Of a stretch of DNA of 64,000 bases, positions 44,006-53,684 are shown piece after piece; the first letter of the stretch is position 1, and the number at the start of each line of letters is the position of its first letter. A program made the position numbers and the translations under genes. The notes below the pieces were generated by a model, which made no database searches, was not told the origin of the DNA, and saw only the letters and a list, made by a program, of their open reading frames with translations. The stretch spans positions 4,910-68,909 of the forward strand of contig CAOJUB010000002.1 in assembly GCA_948443805.1 (NCBI GenBank), given 5' to 3'. The stretch is from an uncultured Clostridia bacterium. Lineage in GTDB: Bacteria > Bacillota > Clostridia > Oscillospirales > UBA644.

Positions 44006-45043
44006 TCATTTCGGCAGATAGCGTATGGTCTTTTCTTCTTTTGACGGCGGCCTAACAAGCAGGCTGAAAAGCCCGGCAAAGGTCCCTGCCCCATAACAAA
44101 TATGCAGAAGGAAAAACAACCCCGGAAGCACGCAAAAAACAAGGTGTTTTTCTTTTTCAGCACAGATCGCCGCCACGCTCATGATAATGGAGACCAGAAA
44201 ATAAAGCCCCAAAAACAAAGCAGGAATCAGCGGAGAAAGAAAAGTAAGCAAAAGGGAAAGAAATAACCCGCAAACAAAAGCAAACGGGGCAAAATGATAC
44301 AAAGACACGCAACGAGGCTGAATCGCAAGCGTACGGCCGACCCAATAACCGTTCCCATATTTTTGGCGGAGCATTTTTTTCAGGCTGTTCCGGGTATGCT
44401 GATAAGAAATAATATCAGGACAAAGACAGATCTGATACCCTGCATCGCGAATCCGCAGACTCATTTCATTATCTTCGGTACGGCCGAGATTTTCGTTAAA
44501 TAACCCGGCTTTTTCAAAAACCTCTCTCCGGTAAGCCGCATGAAAAACAGATTTGACGTGTTTTTTTTCACTGCTCCGGCGAAAATCGGCAATACTTGAA
44601 CCGAACAGAGAACTTTCGGCCATCAGAAGCGTCCTTTTCCAGGGTGTTTCATCGTCGATAATATTCGGGCGGATACCGCCGGTAACCATTTCGCCGTCCA
44701 GATGATGCCGGACGTTATTTTCAACAAAATTTTCAGGAATCCGCGCATGGGCGTCAATTCGGAAAATAATATCTCCGGTAGAAACAGAAATTACCTTATT
44801 CCAACCCGCCGCCTGGATTTTTTTCGGATTTTCCGCAACGACAATGTTATAGAATTCATGTTGATGTTCTTTCTGAAAACGTTCAAAAACAGCTTTTGTT
44901 CCGTCAGTAGAAGCACTGTCAACCAGAACGATTTCTGTTTTTTCTTTCGGATAAGACTGCGAAAGAAAATCATTCAGCAGATCACCGATATATTCCTGTT
45001 CATTATATGCAATCGTGCATAGCGAAACAAGGAAATCACTCAT
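44006..45043 (-). CDS. Family 2 glycosyltransferase with C-terminal TM segments
   Basis: MSDFLVSLCTIAYNEQEYIGDLLNDFLSQSYPKEKTEIVLVDSASTDGT. The ATG at 45043 has ggag 8 nt upstream. Confidence 0.8.
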   Translation of the reverse strand: MSDFLVSLCTIAYNEQEYIGDLLNDFLSQSYPKEKTEIVLVDSASTDGTKAVFERFQKEHQHEFYNIVVAENPKKIQAAGWNKVISVSTGDIIFRIDAHARIPENFVENNVRHHLDGEMVTGGIRPNIIDDETPWKRTLLMAESSLFGSSIADFRRSSEKKHVKSVFHAAYRREVFEKAGLFNENLGRTEDNEMSLRIRDAGYQICLCPDIISYQHTRNSLKKMLRQKYGNGYWVGRTLAIQPRCVSLYHFAPFAFVCGLFLSLLLTFLSPLIPALFLGLYFLVSIIMSVAAICAEKEKHLVFCVLPGLFFLLHICYGAGTFAGLFSLLVRPPSKEEKTIRYLPK

Positions 45044-45209
45044 AGAAATCTCCATTCCCGCCGCTGAAACGGCTAAAAACTGAACGAACAGCCCAAAGGC
45101 TCTTGCTGCCTCTCAAATAAGCAATCCTCTGAACCGATAAAACGAACCGGAAAGGAAAGCCCGATAGTGAAAAAGAGTTGAACCGAAAAGCAAGGCTCAA
45201 CTCTCTGTT

Positions 45210-45283
45210 TGGCTGCGGAACTAGGATTTGAACCCAGACAAACAGAGTCAGAGTCTGTCGTGCTACCCTTACACAATTCCGCA
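45210..45283 (-). tRNA. tRNA-Gln (anticodon CUG)
   Basis: rc: TGCGGAA-TT-GTGTAAGGGTAGCAC-G-ACAGA-CTCTGAC-TCTGT-TTGT-CTGGG-TTCAAAT-CCTAG-TTCCGCA-G-CCA. The full cloverleaf was folded by hand. A terminator hairpin follows at about 45165-45205. Confidence 0.9.
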
Positions 45284-45294
45284 TTGCGTAATTT

Positions 45295-45323
45295 ATTATA
45301 CACGATTTTGTGTTATTTGTCAA
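45295..45323 (-). promoter_or_regulatory. Consensus promoter TTGACA-N17-TATAAT for tRNA-Gln
   Basis: rc: ttgaca aataacacaaaatcgtg tataat. Confidence 0.65.
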
Positions 45324-45449
45324 TATGATTTTTATGAAATATTTTTGACTTTTCCTATAAAGAACCCAGCTTCCGAATATGATTTCAGAACGCCCGCTGT
45401 ATGCAATACAGCGGGCGTTCCATTATCAGAAAAATTTTCTTCCGAAACC

Positions 45450-47579
45450 TCAGTTCGCCGGTTCACCGACCGGATAAGGCAAACCACTCCATTTCGCAAG
45501 GTATCTTGCCAGAACAACAGCGTCGGCCGCTTTTACTTCTCCGTCTTTGTCGAAGTCGATCGCGTCTTTGTTGAAGCTGTCATCCATCGTCCATTTTGCA
45601 AGGTATCTGGAAGCAAGAACTTTATCCTTGGAATCCACTTTTCCGCTGCCGTCTACATCACCCCAGATGAACCCGGCAACTTCGTTTCCGCACCAGGTGC
45701 ATACGCCGTTCTCTACATGGTGATTCTGCGGATTGACTTCTCCGTATTCTCTTCCGCAGACTTCACAGACCGCTTTCGCTACGCATGTCGCCGTTCCGCC
45801 CTTATGTTCGGTGCAAGGCGGTGTCAGCTCGCGCTCAATAGCAGAACCAAGCGCAATTTTAGTATCAAGGAAGTTATCTCCGTCGGCATTGTACTTGGCA
45901 ACACTTGTTGTAACAGTCCGGATCATTTCATCCGTTTTTTCTTTTCCGACAAGATCCTGATACATTGTCAGATACTGATAATCCTCAATACCGTCACGCA
46001 TAGATTCAATCCGAAGAGAACCAACGGGACCGTTAATTCCGACATCGGAACCCGGCCAGAGAAGAATGCCGTTTCCGTGAACGACGCCCTGAAGGCCGCT
46101 CTCGTAATAAGCATTATCCCAGCCGTCATAGTTCGTGCCGCGGAACCATCCGTTTGCATAGTAATAAAGGAAACCTTCCACATTATACAGTTTCTGCTGC
46201 CAGAAAAGCATTCTCGGCGCAATACCGTCGCTTTCAATCAGCAGATTGCAGAACGGATATCTCGGACCGGAAGCGACATACCACCACATCTCATCGCCGC
46301 CTGCCTGTTCCTCATACATAATTTCCGAAATTTCCTTACCGTAATGCGAATCGACAAATTTGCTGGCAGCCAGCGCTTCATCCGTCAGTTCACCGCCGCC
46401 TGCCCAGGTAACGTCGGTCAGAAGCTGAACTTTGGAATCTTTAAATTCGCCGCTGTTCAGTTCTTCCTGCTCGGCACGGGTCAAAAATGCATTGGTTTCC
46501 GGACACCACAGATTTACATACGGTTTACTGAATTCAATACCGCCGATATAGGGATCCCGAGAATAAGGCGCGTCCTGATTATACGGAACCAAAATACGAG
46601 CGCCAGAGAAATTTTGATTAATGGTTTCTACCGCGCTTTTCAGTTTATCGAAATGTGCCGGAGCAAACGGTTCATCCACCGGATAGAAATAAGCTTTTTC
46701 CAGCCAACCATCATTTGCCGACAGCGTCCGATACAATTTTCTCATTGCAGCTTCACCCAATTCTTCGCTGTTATAAGCAAAACCATGAATACGGAAAGAA
46801 TTTACTCTCGGATTATCCAGATATTTTGCCAGCGTTTCCTGTGGGCTTCTGACGTCAACCGGAATATTGTAGGCACAGATTCTGTTTTCCAGCAAATAAT
46901 CATAATAGATCTGGTATAATTCATCCGCCGAAAGACCAGAGGCAGCGTGGAAGGTTTTCAGCAGATTTCTGTCAAGATAGATCGCTGTTTTTGCTTCTGT
47001 TTTTTCAGAAAGAGCAAATTTCCAGACATGCAGAAAAACTTTTGCCTTTTTCACTTCATTGTCTGCGCTGTCTTTTACGGTAACGGTTGCCTCATAATCC
47101 CCAGCAGGCGTATCGGCAGCGGTTTTTACTTTAATATAAAAAGCCTGGGAATGATCGGCGGAAATATCAAAGGCTTCGCCGGCATAAGGAACGATCTGGT
47201 CGGCCTGCAGCCCGAGATCCCCAATCGAAGTATAATACTCTTTAAAGAGTTCCGGGGTAAGTTTATCCCCCTTGCTGTTCACAAAATCACTGACCGAAGC
47301 AGTAAGACCACTTTTATCGGCAGACGGAGCCAGGAAAAACTGACAGCCCTCAATCTCATTCTGCGCCATATAAATGGTATAGGTACTGCGTCCGCTAGAG
47401 GTCGTGTTGGTAGGCTGAACTTTGATATACGGGTGATCCATCCACATGGTAATCTCCGAATCTTCGTTCGCTGCTGTTATCGGTTCATAATCCGCCTCTG
47501 TTTCAACTGCGGCAAACATCCCGCAGGACAAAGAAAAAATAAGAACCAAAGCAAGGCCTAAAGACAAATATTTTTTCAT
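45450..47579 (-). CDS. Secreted DUF4091/GH123-like protein with a Cys-rich linker and C-terminal dockerin
   Basis: Signal peptide MKKYLSLGLALVLIFSLSCGMFAA (RBS aaggag). The body shows IYMAQNEIEGCQFFL, HVWKFAL, YPVDEP and SLRIESMRDGIEDYQYL. The dockerin is GDVDGSGKVDSKD...DFDKDGEVKAAD. Confidence 0.75.
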   Translation of the reverse strand: MKKYLSLGLALVLIFSLSCGMFAAVETEADYEPITAANEDSEITMWMDHPYIKVQPTNTTSSGRSTYTIYMAQNEIEGCQFFLAPSADKSGLTASVSDFVNSKGDKLTPELFKEYYTSIGDLGLQADQIVPYAGEAFDISADHSQAFYIKVKTAADTPAGDYEATVTVKDSADNEVKKAKVFLHVWKFALSEKTEAKTAIYLDRNLLKTFHAASGLSADELYQIYYDYLLENRICAYNIPVDVRSPQETLAKYLDNPRVNSFRIHGFAYNSEELGEAAMRKLYRTLSANDGWLEKAYFYPVDEPFAPAHFDKLKSAVETINQNFSGARILVPYNQDAPYSRDPYIGGIEFSKPYVNLWCPETNAFLTRAEQEELNSGEFKDSKVQLLTDVTWAGGGELTDEALAASKFVDSHYGKEISEIMYEEQAGGDEMWWYVASGPRYPFCNLLIESDGIAPRMLFWQQKLYNVEGFLYYYANGWFRGTNYDGWDNAYYESGLQGVVHGNGILLWPGSDVGINGPVGSLRIESMRDGIEDYQYLTMYQDLVGKEKTDEMIRTVTTSVAKYNADGDNFLDTKIALGSAIERELTPPCTEHKGGTATCVAKAVCEVCGREYGEVNPQNHHVENGVCTWCGNEVAGFIWGDVDGSGKVDSKDKVLASRYLAKWTMDDSFNKDAIDFDKDGEVKAADAVVLARYLAKWSGLPYPVGEPAN

Positions 47580-47617
47580 ATGCACACTCCTTTTCATTTT
47601 ATTGTGTTTACACAAAT

Positions 47618-47646
47618 ATTATACATTTTTTTCTCGGCTTTGTCAA
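47618..47646 (-). promoter_or_regulatory. Consensus promoter TTGACA-N17-TATAAT
   Basis: rc: ttgaca aagccgagaaaaaaatg tataat. Confidence 0.65.
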
Positions 47647-47677
47647 GGGTTTCTTTGCATTTCCCAGGAAAAACCTG

Positions 47678-47720
47678 AAAAAAAGAGGGCACTTATTTTA
47701 ACAAGTGCCCTCTTTTTTTC
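47678..47720. terminator. Bidirectional hairpin (agagggcactt / aagtgccctct) flanked by A- and T-runs
   Basis: Read directly from the sequence. It terminates the 800-aa gene on the minus strand. Confidence 0.8.
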
Positions 47721-47755
47721 TTTATTCTTTTTCCGCCGACAAACGGAAGGAAAAA

Positions 47756-50158
47756 TTATTCAAAAAATTTCTTTTTTGCAACAACGGCTGCGCCGCCCAG
47801 AAGTGCGGTTATCGAAGAAAGCGCATAAACATCTCCGCTGGAAGTTCCGGGATTTGCTTTATTATCGTCTTTCTCGGAGCCGCCCTGCTGATTGTTATTA
47901 TTCGAATCACTGTTGCCGGGAATAACCGGTGTTTCGCTGAGTTTAGCAAGAACTTCGGTTTTTGTCTGTGCACAATACTGACAGGTGTAGAGTTTTGCAC
48001 CTTCTGCTTTTGTGGTTGCCTCAAGCGTTACCACGCCGTCATTCCATACATGACCGCCGCTGTTTTTACAGCCAAGCTTAAAGGCGTCCGCAGTGATATC
48101 TGCTTTACCATCGGTAACAACAACATTTTTCATTGCAAGCTGAATATCAAATTTTCTCAAAAAGAGAGAACCGAGTTTTTCTTCACCGATTTCCGATCTT
48201 GCCGCGCAAAGAGCTTCTTCCTGATAGGTGTAAATTTCCTGACCGTTTACGTAAACCGCCAATTCAGGGATTGTACCGAATTCATCTTCTGCCGTACGCA
48301 GCTGAACCGTAAAGGTAACCCACTCGTCCAGCGGCCAATCTACAGGAACAGGATCAATAACATCTTTAATCGAACTGTCGCCGGGCAGATAACGGAGGAA
48401 CATCTTTTTATTCTGTGCATCGTAACCAGCGGCATAGGTGCCCGCGCTTTTTCCGGCGGTACCGCCGACCATCATATAAAAAGTAGCGCCGTCGTCCGGT
48501 CTCTTTTCACGGTCGGTAAGACCCATATACATGGTATCTTTCATCAGAATATCCGCAGAGAAAGTAAAGTTGTTTCTATCATAGTTACGGCCTTCATTTG
48601 AACCGAAACCTACGCCGGAATCCGCATTAGCTTTCGTAAACAAACGGAAACCGATACCTGCGGGAGAACCGTCGACAACTTTGGAATCTTCTTTAATTCT
48701 TGTAATGGTGATCTCGGCAGAAACCTCAAAATCGGTAATATCCGGGTTTCTTGTGGAATTCCAGTAAAGTTTTCTCTGATACATTGCACGGTCGGTCGCA
48801 TCCGCGTCATATTCGCAGTAACGGTTTATGCCGTCATTATCAGGATTTCTCGGAATGATAATCATACCGGGAACACCGTTTTGATAATCGGTTTTATCCA
48901 AGAAAATCTTACCGATTTCTTCGTTTTTGTTTACCGGATCGCCGTTTTCGTCAACCAAATCTTCAGAGAAGTCCAGATTGATAATTTCTTTATTTTTAAC
49001 CAAGTCTTTGAAAATCAAATTGTCCAGTCTATACGAAAGATATCTCGACCAGAAGAAGAGCGGATCTTCCGCCGTGGTGTCATAGAAAACTTCATCAAAA
49101 CATCCGGGGTTGTTGTAAGAAGCAATCACGTTACCATCGATGAGAACAGAAATCGTCGCGCCGACTCTACGAACGGCAAGAATATGCGTATCGCCTTCAT
49201 TCCAGGTAAACGGAGCGTTTGCCTGAGAGGGCCACGTAGAAGCATCGTCAAACAGATTTTTTTCCACATCATAGGTCAGACCGGCTCTCTGGCTGTCAAA
49301 CCAATAACCGGCAAACAGCTGATCTTTTGTCGAACCCGTGTAATAATAAGTACCGGTATCTGCCCAGGTCCAGTTTACGTAACCGATATCGGTTACAACA
49401 TAATCGTTTTCAGCAGCAAGGATGAAATCATTCTCAAACCGGCTGAGATAAACGCGGTCTTCGTAATTTTTAATTTCTTTTTTCGGAAGATCCTTATACA
49501 GATGATCGCAAGTTACAGAGAAATTGTAATATCTGAAATCCCGAACCGAATCATCGTCTCTCTTTCTCCAGTACTGACGGTCGAGAATATTAAAATCTTC
49601 GCCCATCAGAATACCGATACAACCGATATCCAGATCAATTCCGTCATTGCTGAAAGAAAGCTGATATTTTCCGTCAAACACGTCGGAGGAGGCCGAAACC
49701 ATCTCTGCATTGTCGCAGTAAAGGGTAACGGTGTCGCCGAATTTACGGATCATAATATCATACCACTTATTTTCAAGCAGCTGCCAGTCAAAATCCTTTT
49801 CCGCAAGGGTAACGCCGTCAACGACAACCTTGAATTTTTTATCGGCAAACCAATAGCCGATAAAATCGTTGCCGGCCTCGGAGAACGAAACGCCCCAGTA
49901 AGCCTTGTCGGTGTTCGCAGCGTCAACAGAATTGACCCGCAGTTCATTCGACCAGGTAAATCCGTCGAAGGTTTCCCGGGTCGTCATTTTATGAAAACCA
50001 TATCCAGAACTAAGCATTTTTGTTGTTCCGTCGTCAAGAGCCATCATACCGGCGTCTCTGCTCTGCGTATAGACAGTCACGTCGCTCGAAGCAGACAGGC
50101 TGGCTACAATTGAGATGACAAACGCAACAGCCAAAACGACTGTGAGTATTTTTTTCAT
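47756..50158 (-). CDS. Secreted 800-aa multi-domain (beta-sandwich/LamG-like, low confidence) protein with a C-terminal TM anchor and KKK tail
   Basis: Signal peptide MKKILTVVLAVAFVISIVASLSA. The C-terminus is ...GGHVWNDGVVTLEATTKAEGAKLYTCQYCAQTKTE...NPGTSSGDVYALSSITALLGGAAVVAKKKFFE. Confidence 0.7.
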   Translation of the reverse strand: MKKILTVVLAVAFVISIVASLSASSDVTVYTQSRDAGMMALDDGTTKMLSSGYGFHKMTTRETFDGFTWSNELRVNSVDAANTDKAYWGVSFSEAGNDFIGYWFADKKFKVVVDGVTLAEKDFDWQLLENKWYDIMIRKFGDTVTLYCDNAEMVSASSDVFDGKYQLSFSNDGIDLDIGCIGILMGEDFNILDRQYWRKRDDDSVRDFRYYNFSVTCDHLYKDLPKKEIKNYEDRVYLSRFENDFILAAENDYVVTDIGYVNWTWADTGTYYYTGSTKDQLFAGYWFDSQRAGLTYDVEKNLFDDASTWPSQANAPFTWNEGDTHILAVRRVGATISVLIDGNVIASYNNPGCFDEVFYDTTAEDPLFFWSRYLSYRLDNLIFKDLVKNKEIINLDFSEDLVDENGDPVNKNEEIGKIFLDKTDYQNGVPGMIIIPRNPDNDGINRYCEYDADATDRAMYQRKLYWNSTRNPDITDFEVSAEITITRIKEDSKVVDGSPAGIGFRLFTKANADSGVGFGSNEGRNYDRNNFTFSADILMKDTMYMGLTDREKRPDDGATFYMMVGGTAGKSAGTYAAGYDAQNKKMFLRYLPGDSSIKDVIDPVPVDWPLDEWVTFTVQLRTAEDEFGTIPELAVYVNGQEIYTYQEEALCAARSEIGEEKLGSLFLRKFDIQLAMKNVVVTDGKADITADAFKLGCKNSGGHVWNDGVVTLEATTKAEGAKLYTCQYCAQTKTEVLAKLSETPVIPGNSDSNNNNQQGGSEKDDNKANPGTSSGDVYALSSITALLGGAAVVAKKKFFE

Positions 50159-50193
50159 CGCAAAGTCCCTCCAAAGACAATTTTGTTGTTTAT

Positions 50194-50222
50194 ATTATAG
50201 CATTTTGAAAAGCAAATGTCAA
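50194..50222 (-). promoter_or_regulatory. Consensus promoter TTGACA-N17-TATAAT
   Basis: rc: ttgaca tttgcttttcaaaatgc tataat. Confidence 0.65.
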
Positions 50223-50418
50223 GGCGGCAATCATAAAATATCTATGTCTTATATGTGAACAAACAACGGATTTGATGAAAACCGGAAGATCCTGGGAATT
50301 GGGAGCCTCCGCGGCCTTTCCTGCGATTCAAACAAACGGCAGAAAAGAAAAAAATGGAAAAAGAAAAAAGAGAAGCGGATATTTGTCCGCTTCTCTTTCA
50401 ATATTCCAAATTTTTCGA

Positions 50419-53400
50419 TTAGGAATTGGTTGCAGGCTCGCCTACCGGATAGGGCAGACCAGTCCATTTTGCAAGGTATCTTGCCAGAACAACAGCATCG
50501 GCCGCTTTTACTTCGCCGTCTTTGTCGAAGTCGATCGCGTCTTTGTTGAAGCTGTCATCCATCGTCCATTTTGCAAGGTATCTGGAAGCAAGAACTTTAT
50601 CCTTGGAATCTACTTTTCCGCTGCCGTCTACGTCACCCCAGATGAACGAAACCGGTTCAGCAGCGCCGCACATGGTGCATTTGCCGTCTTCATAGTTATG
50701 GTCGATCTGCGGATGTTCTTCATCGGCAATCGTAATTTCTTCGCCGCAATCTGCGCAGGTTCCGGTCTTGGTTCCGGCCTTCTGGCAGGACGCGTCATCA
50801 TTGTAGGTATATTCTGCAACGTTATGAACGTCAGAAGCCAATGCGCCGTAGGTCTTGCCGCACTCTTCGCAGACAGCCAGAGCAGAGCAGGTAGCGCTGC
50901 CGCCGACGTGCGGAGTAGCAAGGCCAAGGTTTTCGACATCGTTGGTGAAATGGAATCCGCGGATTCTCATCGGTACATTAAAGATACGATAAGAAAGAGC
51001 TTGTGCCCATTCGCCCTGATGTGCCAAGTCGGGATCGGTTGCCGAAACAACCACTTCGCCGTTGATGATCAGCTCTACTTTGGTAGAATCGTCATACTGC
51101 GTATTGCCGTCGTTATCAACGTATTCTTCTTTGACGTTGGTCAGACGAACAACCCACTGAATGATTTCATCCATCGGCATATCAAATTCTTTGGTATCCA
51201 ATTCGTAACCGGTGGTTACGTCTTTGATGAACGCAACTTTGTTCGTGAAATCGTATCCTACGCCGATACCGCTAGCACCGTTGTAGTTACCAACGAAGTT
51301 ATAGAAGGTCGAACCGTAGTTGTAGTCAGCCATCAGAGCACAGCTCATAAAGACAACGTCCATAGTGATGGCATAATCTTCTGCCGTGTTATAAACTTTT
51401 TCATAATCGTTGTGGAAGTTGTAGTTGTTAGCCAGCGCGCCGAAACGAACCCAGTTATCCGGCATGGTAGCTTCTTTTTCAACACCGTTCCACTGTGCGA
51501 ACATATCATACTGCTGACCGTCGTCGTTATTGTTGAATACGATCTTGTTCCGAATCGTATTTGCATATCTGGTTCTGATATCGCCCTCTTTTGCATTTCC
51601 GGCTTCGATTTCAGCGGCCAGCCATTCAGCATAGCCTTCATCCTCTTCGGAGAAGTAGTAATTCTGGTCTGCCAGAATGGTATAGTCGATATACAAATCG
51701 TTTCCGTTGAAGTTGGGAATCAGGTACGATTCGCCGGCAAGAACCTCGTCTTCCGCTGTAGCAACAGCAACACCGTCAACATAAATCGTTACTTTATTGC
51801 CAACTCTCTTCAGGCCGAATTCGAGATCGGCAACGCCGTCGGCAGGAATCTGAATGGTTTCTTCAGAAACTGCAAGATTCGTGGGCGTACCGTCTTTTAC
51901 AGCCATGATAATAAATTTGCCCATATCAACATTATAATATGCCTGAGCCTGGACAGCAGCCTGGTTAAACATAATACCAACGGTGGAACCGTCGTTTTTC
52001 GCTGCCATGCGGAAATTCATAACAAAAGAAAAATCAGTTACTTTATCTTTGGTAACCATATTAGTAGCAGCTGTAGTAGAATCGCTGTGAATTACCTTGT
52101 CGCTGGTGTTGGAAGACATTTCAGATTTCGATCCGTCCTGCGTTCCGGCAATTCTGCCGCAGACGCCGCATCTGTTATGAACCAGGTTTTTGTGGCCGAG
52201 AGCGCCGTTATCGGGATCATCCGCGCCGCAGCGGTCGCATTTCTGCGCGGTGGTGCAGGTTGCGGGGATGGTAAAGTTATGTCCCAGAGCGGGGATAATA
52301 ACTTTGCCGTCTTCGCTGCAGTTTTCTCTGGTACAGAGAACCGCATGCGTACAGTCGGGATTCTTACGATCGGTTACGTGAGGAACTTCGTCAACAGATT
52401 CGTTACATCTGGAGCAGGTTCCCGGCTGGCCGCAGACGGTAGTGCCGTAGTCGTGACCCAGCGCTTTGCCTTCGGTCTCGCCACAAACAGAGCAGGTCTT
52501 CGGAGCCGTACAGGTAGCATCCTGCCAATTATGGCCGCTGATGTCGCCTTCAGTAGCGCCGCAAGTCTTACAGGTTTTCGGTGCAACACAGGTTGCGTCC
52601 TTCCAGTTATGACCGGTAGCCGGAGCAATCACTTTATCTGCATTCGGACAATTATCTCTGGTACAGAGCTGCGCTTCCGTACAGGTCGGAGCAGCGCGGT
52701 CCGGAATATGGCCGAGAGGAACGTTTTCTGCTTTTCCGCAGACAGAACAGGCTCTGGAAGCTGTACAGGTTGCATCTGTCCAAGTATGGTTAGAACCTTC
52801 CGCAGCCGTATATTTATAGGTGCCGCGAACAAGCTGTTCTTCTTTCATATAAGTAGCAGAATCTGTGACAGTATAAACAAAGCCAGAATCAACGGTTGTT
52901 TCGTTAAAATTGTACGTATTCATAACCGCGCCAGAACCAGCGCCGATAACAACCTTTGAAATATCCCATGCAGATTCCTGAATACAAAGTGTTTTGTTGT
53001 AGGCATCAGCAGAATCGGCATATTTCAATTTATCTTTATTCAAGAAAGGATACTCGATTGATGTCAGCTTTAATGTGCCATCAATATAAATTTGTACTTT
53101 CTTTCCAACATCGCGGCCGTTCTGCACGATTTTAATGGTATGAGTCGCGCCTTCAGCCCAATCAAAGTCCGCTTTGCTCTGATCAAGATCACAGTCATCA
53201 AGGTCTAAATACTTACCATCAACGGTGCCGCCGACACCAACAACCAGTTTTTTGTTGATAGCATCATAACCAGCAAAAGGGGTACCATAATCGCTGTTAT
53301 ATGCGAGATAAAAATAAAGCCCAGGCCAATAAGCACAGGTTGCTTTATCATAGTCACTGGCACCATTAAAAGTTGCGGTAATTTCAATCATAACACCGCT

Positions 53401-53577
53401 TTCGGGGTTCGTGTCATCACCATAAAGAACCCTTCTTGCTGCCGATTCATCTCTCTCTGTGTGAAAATACCAGTTATCACCGGGATCATTTTCACAGACA
53501 CCAGCCGCAAAGGTCGGCACGGTAATCAGAGAAAGAACCATCGCCAGCGCCATGACTGACGCTAAGAATTTTTTCAT
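50419..53577 (-). CDS. Secreted ~1052-aa multi-domain protein: beta-sandwich modules, an eight-unit His/Cys-rich repeat array, and a C-terminal dockerin
   Basis: Signal peptide MKKFLASVMALAMVLSLITVPTFAAG (RBS ggaggt). The array is HTWTDATCTASRACSVCG...GHNWKDATCVAPKTCKTCG...GHNWQDATCTAPKTCSVCG... The dockerin is identical in type to that of the 45450 gene. A terminator lies at about 50355-50397. Confidence 0.75.
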   Translation of the reverse strand: MKKFLASVMALAMVLSLITVPTFAAGVCENDPGDNWYFHTERDESAARRVLYGDDTNPESGVMIEITATFNGASDYDKATCAYWPGLYFYLAYNSDYGTPFAGYDAINKKLVVGVGGTVDGKYLDLDDCDLDQSKADFDWAEGATHTIKIVQNGRDVGKKVQIYIDGTLKLTSIEYPFLNKDKLKYADSADAYNKTLCIQESAWDISKVVIGAGSGAVMNTYNFNETTVDSGFVYTVTDSATYMKEEQLVRGTYKYTAAEGSNHTWTDATCTASRACSVCGKAENVPLGHIPDRAAPTCTEAQLCTRDNCPNADKVIAPATGHNWKDATCVAPKTCKTCGATEGDISGHNWQDATCTAPKTCSVCGETEGKALGHDYGTTVCGQPGTCSRCNESVDEVPHVTDRKNPDCTHAVLCTRENCSEDGKVIIPALGHNFTIPATCTTAQKCDRCGADDPDNGALGHKNLVHNRCGVCGRIAGTQDGSKSEMSSNTSDKVIHSDSTTAATNMVTKDKVTDFSFVMNFRMAAKNDGSTVGIMFNQAAVQAQAYYNVDMGKFIIMAVKDGTPTNLAVSEETIQIPADGVADLEFGLKRVGNKVTIYVDGVAVATAEDEVLAGESYLIPNFNGNDLYIDYTILADQNYYFSEEDEGYAEWLAAEIEAGNAKEGDIRTRYANTIRNKIVFNNNDDGQQYDMFAQWNGVEKEATMPDNWVRFGALANNYNFHNDYEKVYNTAEDYAITMDVVFMSCALMADYNYGSTFYNFVGNYNGASGIGVGYDFTNKVAFIKDVTTGYELDTKEFDMPMDEIIQWVVRLTNVKEEYVDNDGNTQYDDSTKVELIINGEVVVSATDPDLAHQGEWAQALSYRIFNVPMRIRGFHFTNDVENLGLATPHVGGSATCSALAVCEECGKTYGALASDVHNVAEYTYNDDASCQKAGTKTGTCADCGEEITIADEEHPQIDHNYEDGKCTMCGAAEPVSFIWGDVDGSGKVDSKDKVLASRYLAKWTMDDSFNKDAIDFDKDGEVKAADAVVLARYLAKWTGLPYPVGEPATNS

Positions 53578-53684
53578 TGCTATACCTCCAATAAATTTGT
53601 TTATGAAACGGACCCGGCCCTTTTGAAAGCAGCTTAGCAACAAAACTGTCTCTTCGGCAGGGAATCTCCTTCATATGCATATTC

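Noticed and set aside
50262-50274. A fourth copy of the 13-mer aacggatttgatg from the Pho boxes.
   Set aside because: There are no TTTACA repeats upstream and no -10 hexamer at the conserved +10 spacing (agatcc). It points into the antisense of a minus-strand gene. It is probably a chance or relic match, not a Pho promoter.
45228-52959. Very long plus-strand ORFs (45228-46919 563 aa; 47705-48601; 48881-50113 410 aa; 50272-52959 895 aa).
   Set aside because: They lie antisense to the three well-supported secreted-protein genes. Their translations are low-complexity (Arg/Ile/Phe/Val-rich, with no motifs, RBS or signal peptides). They are shadow ORFs of the minus-strand genes.
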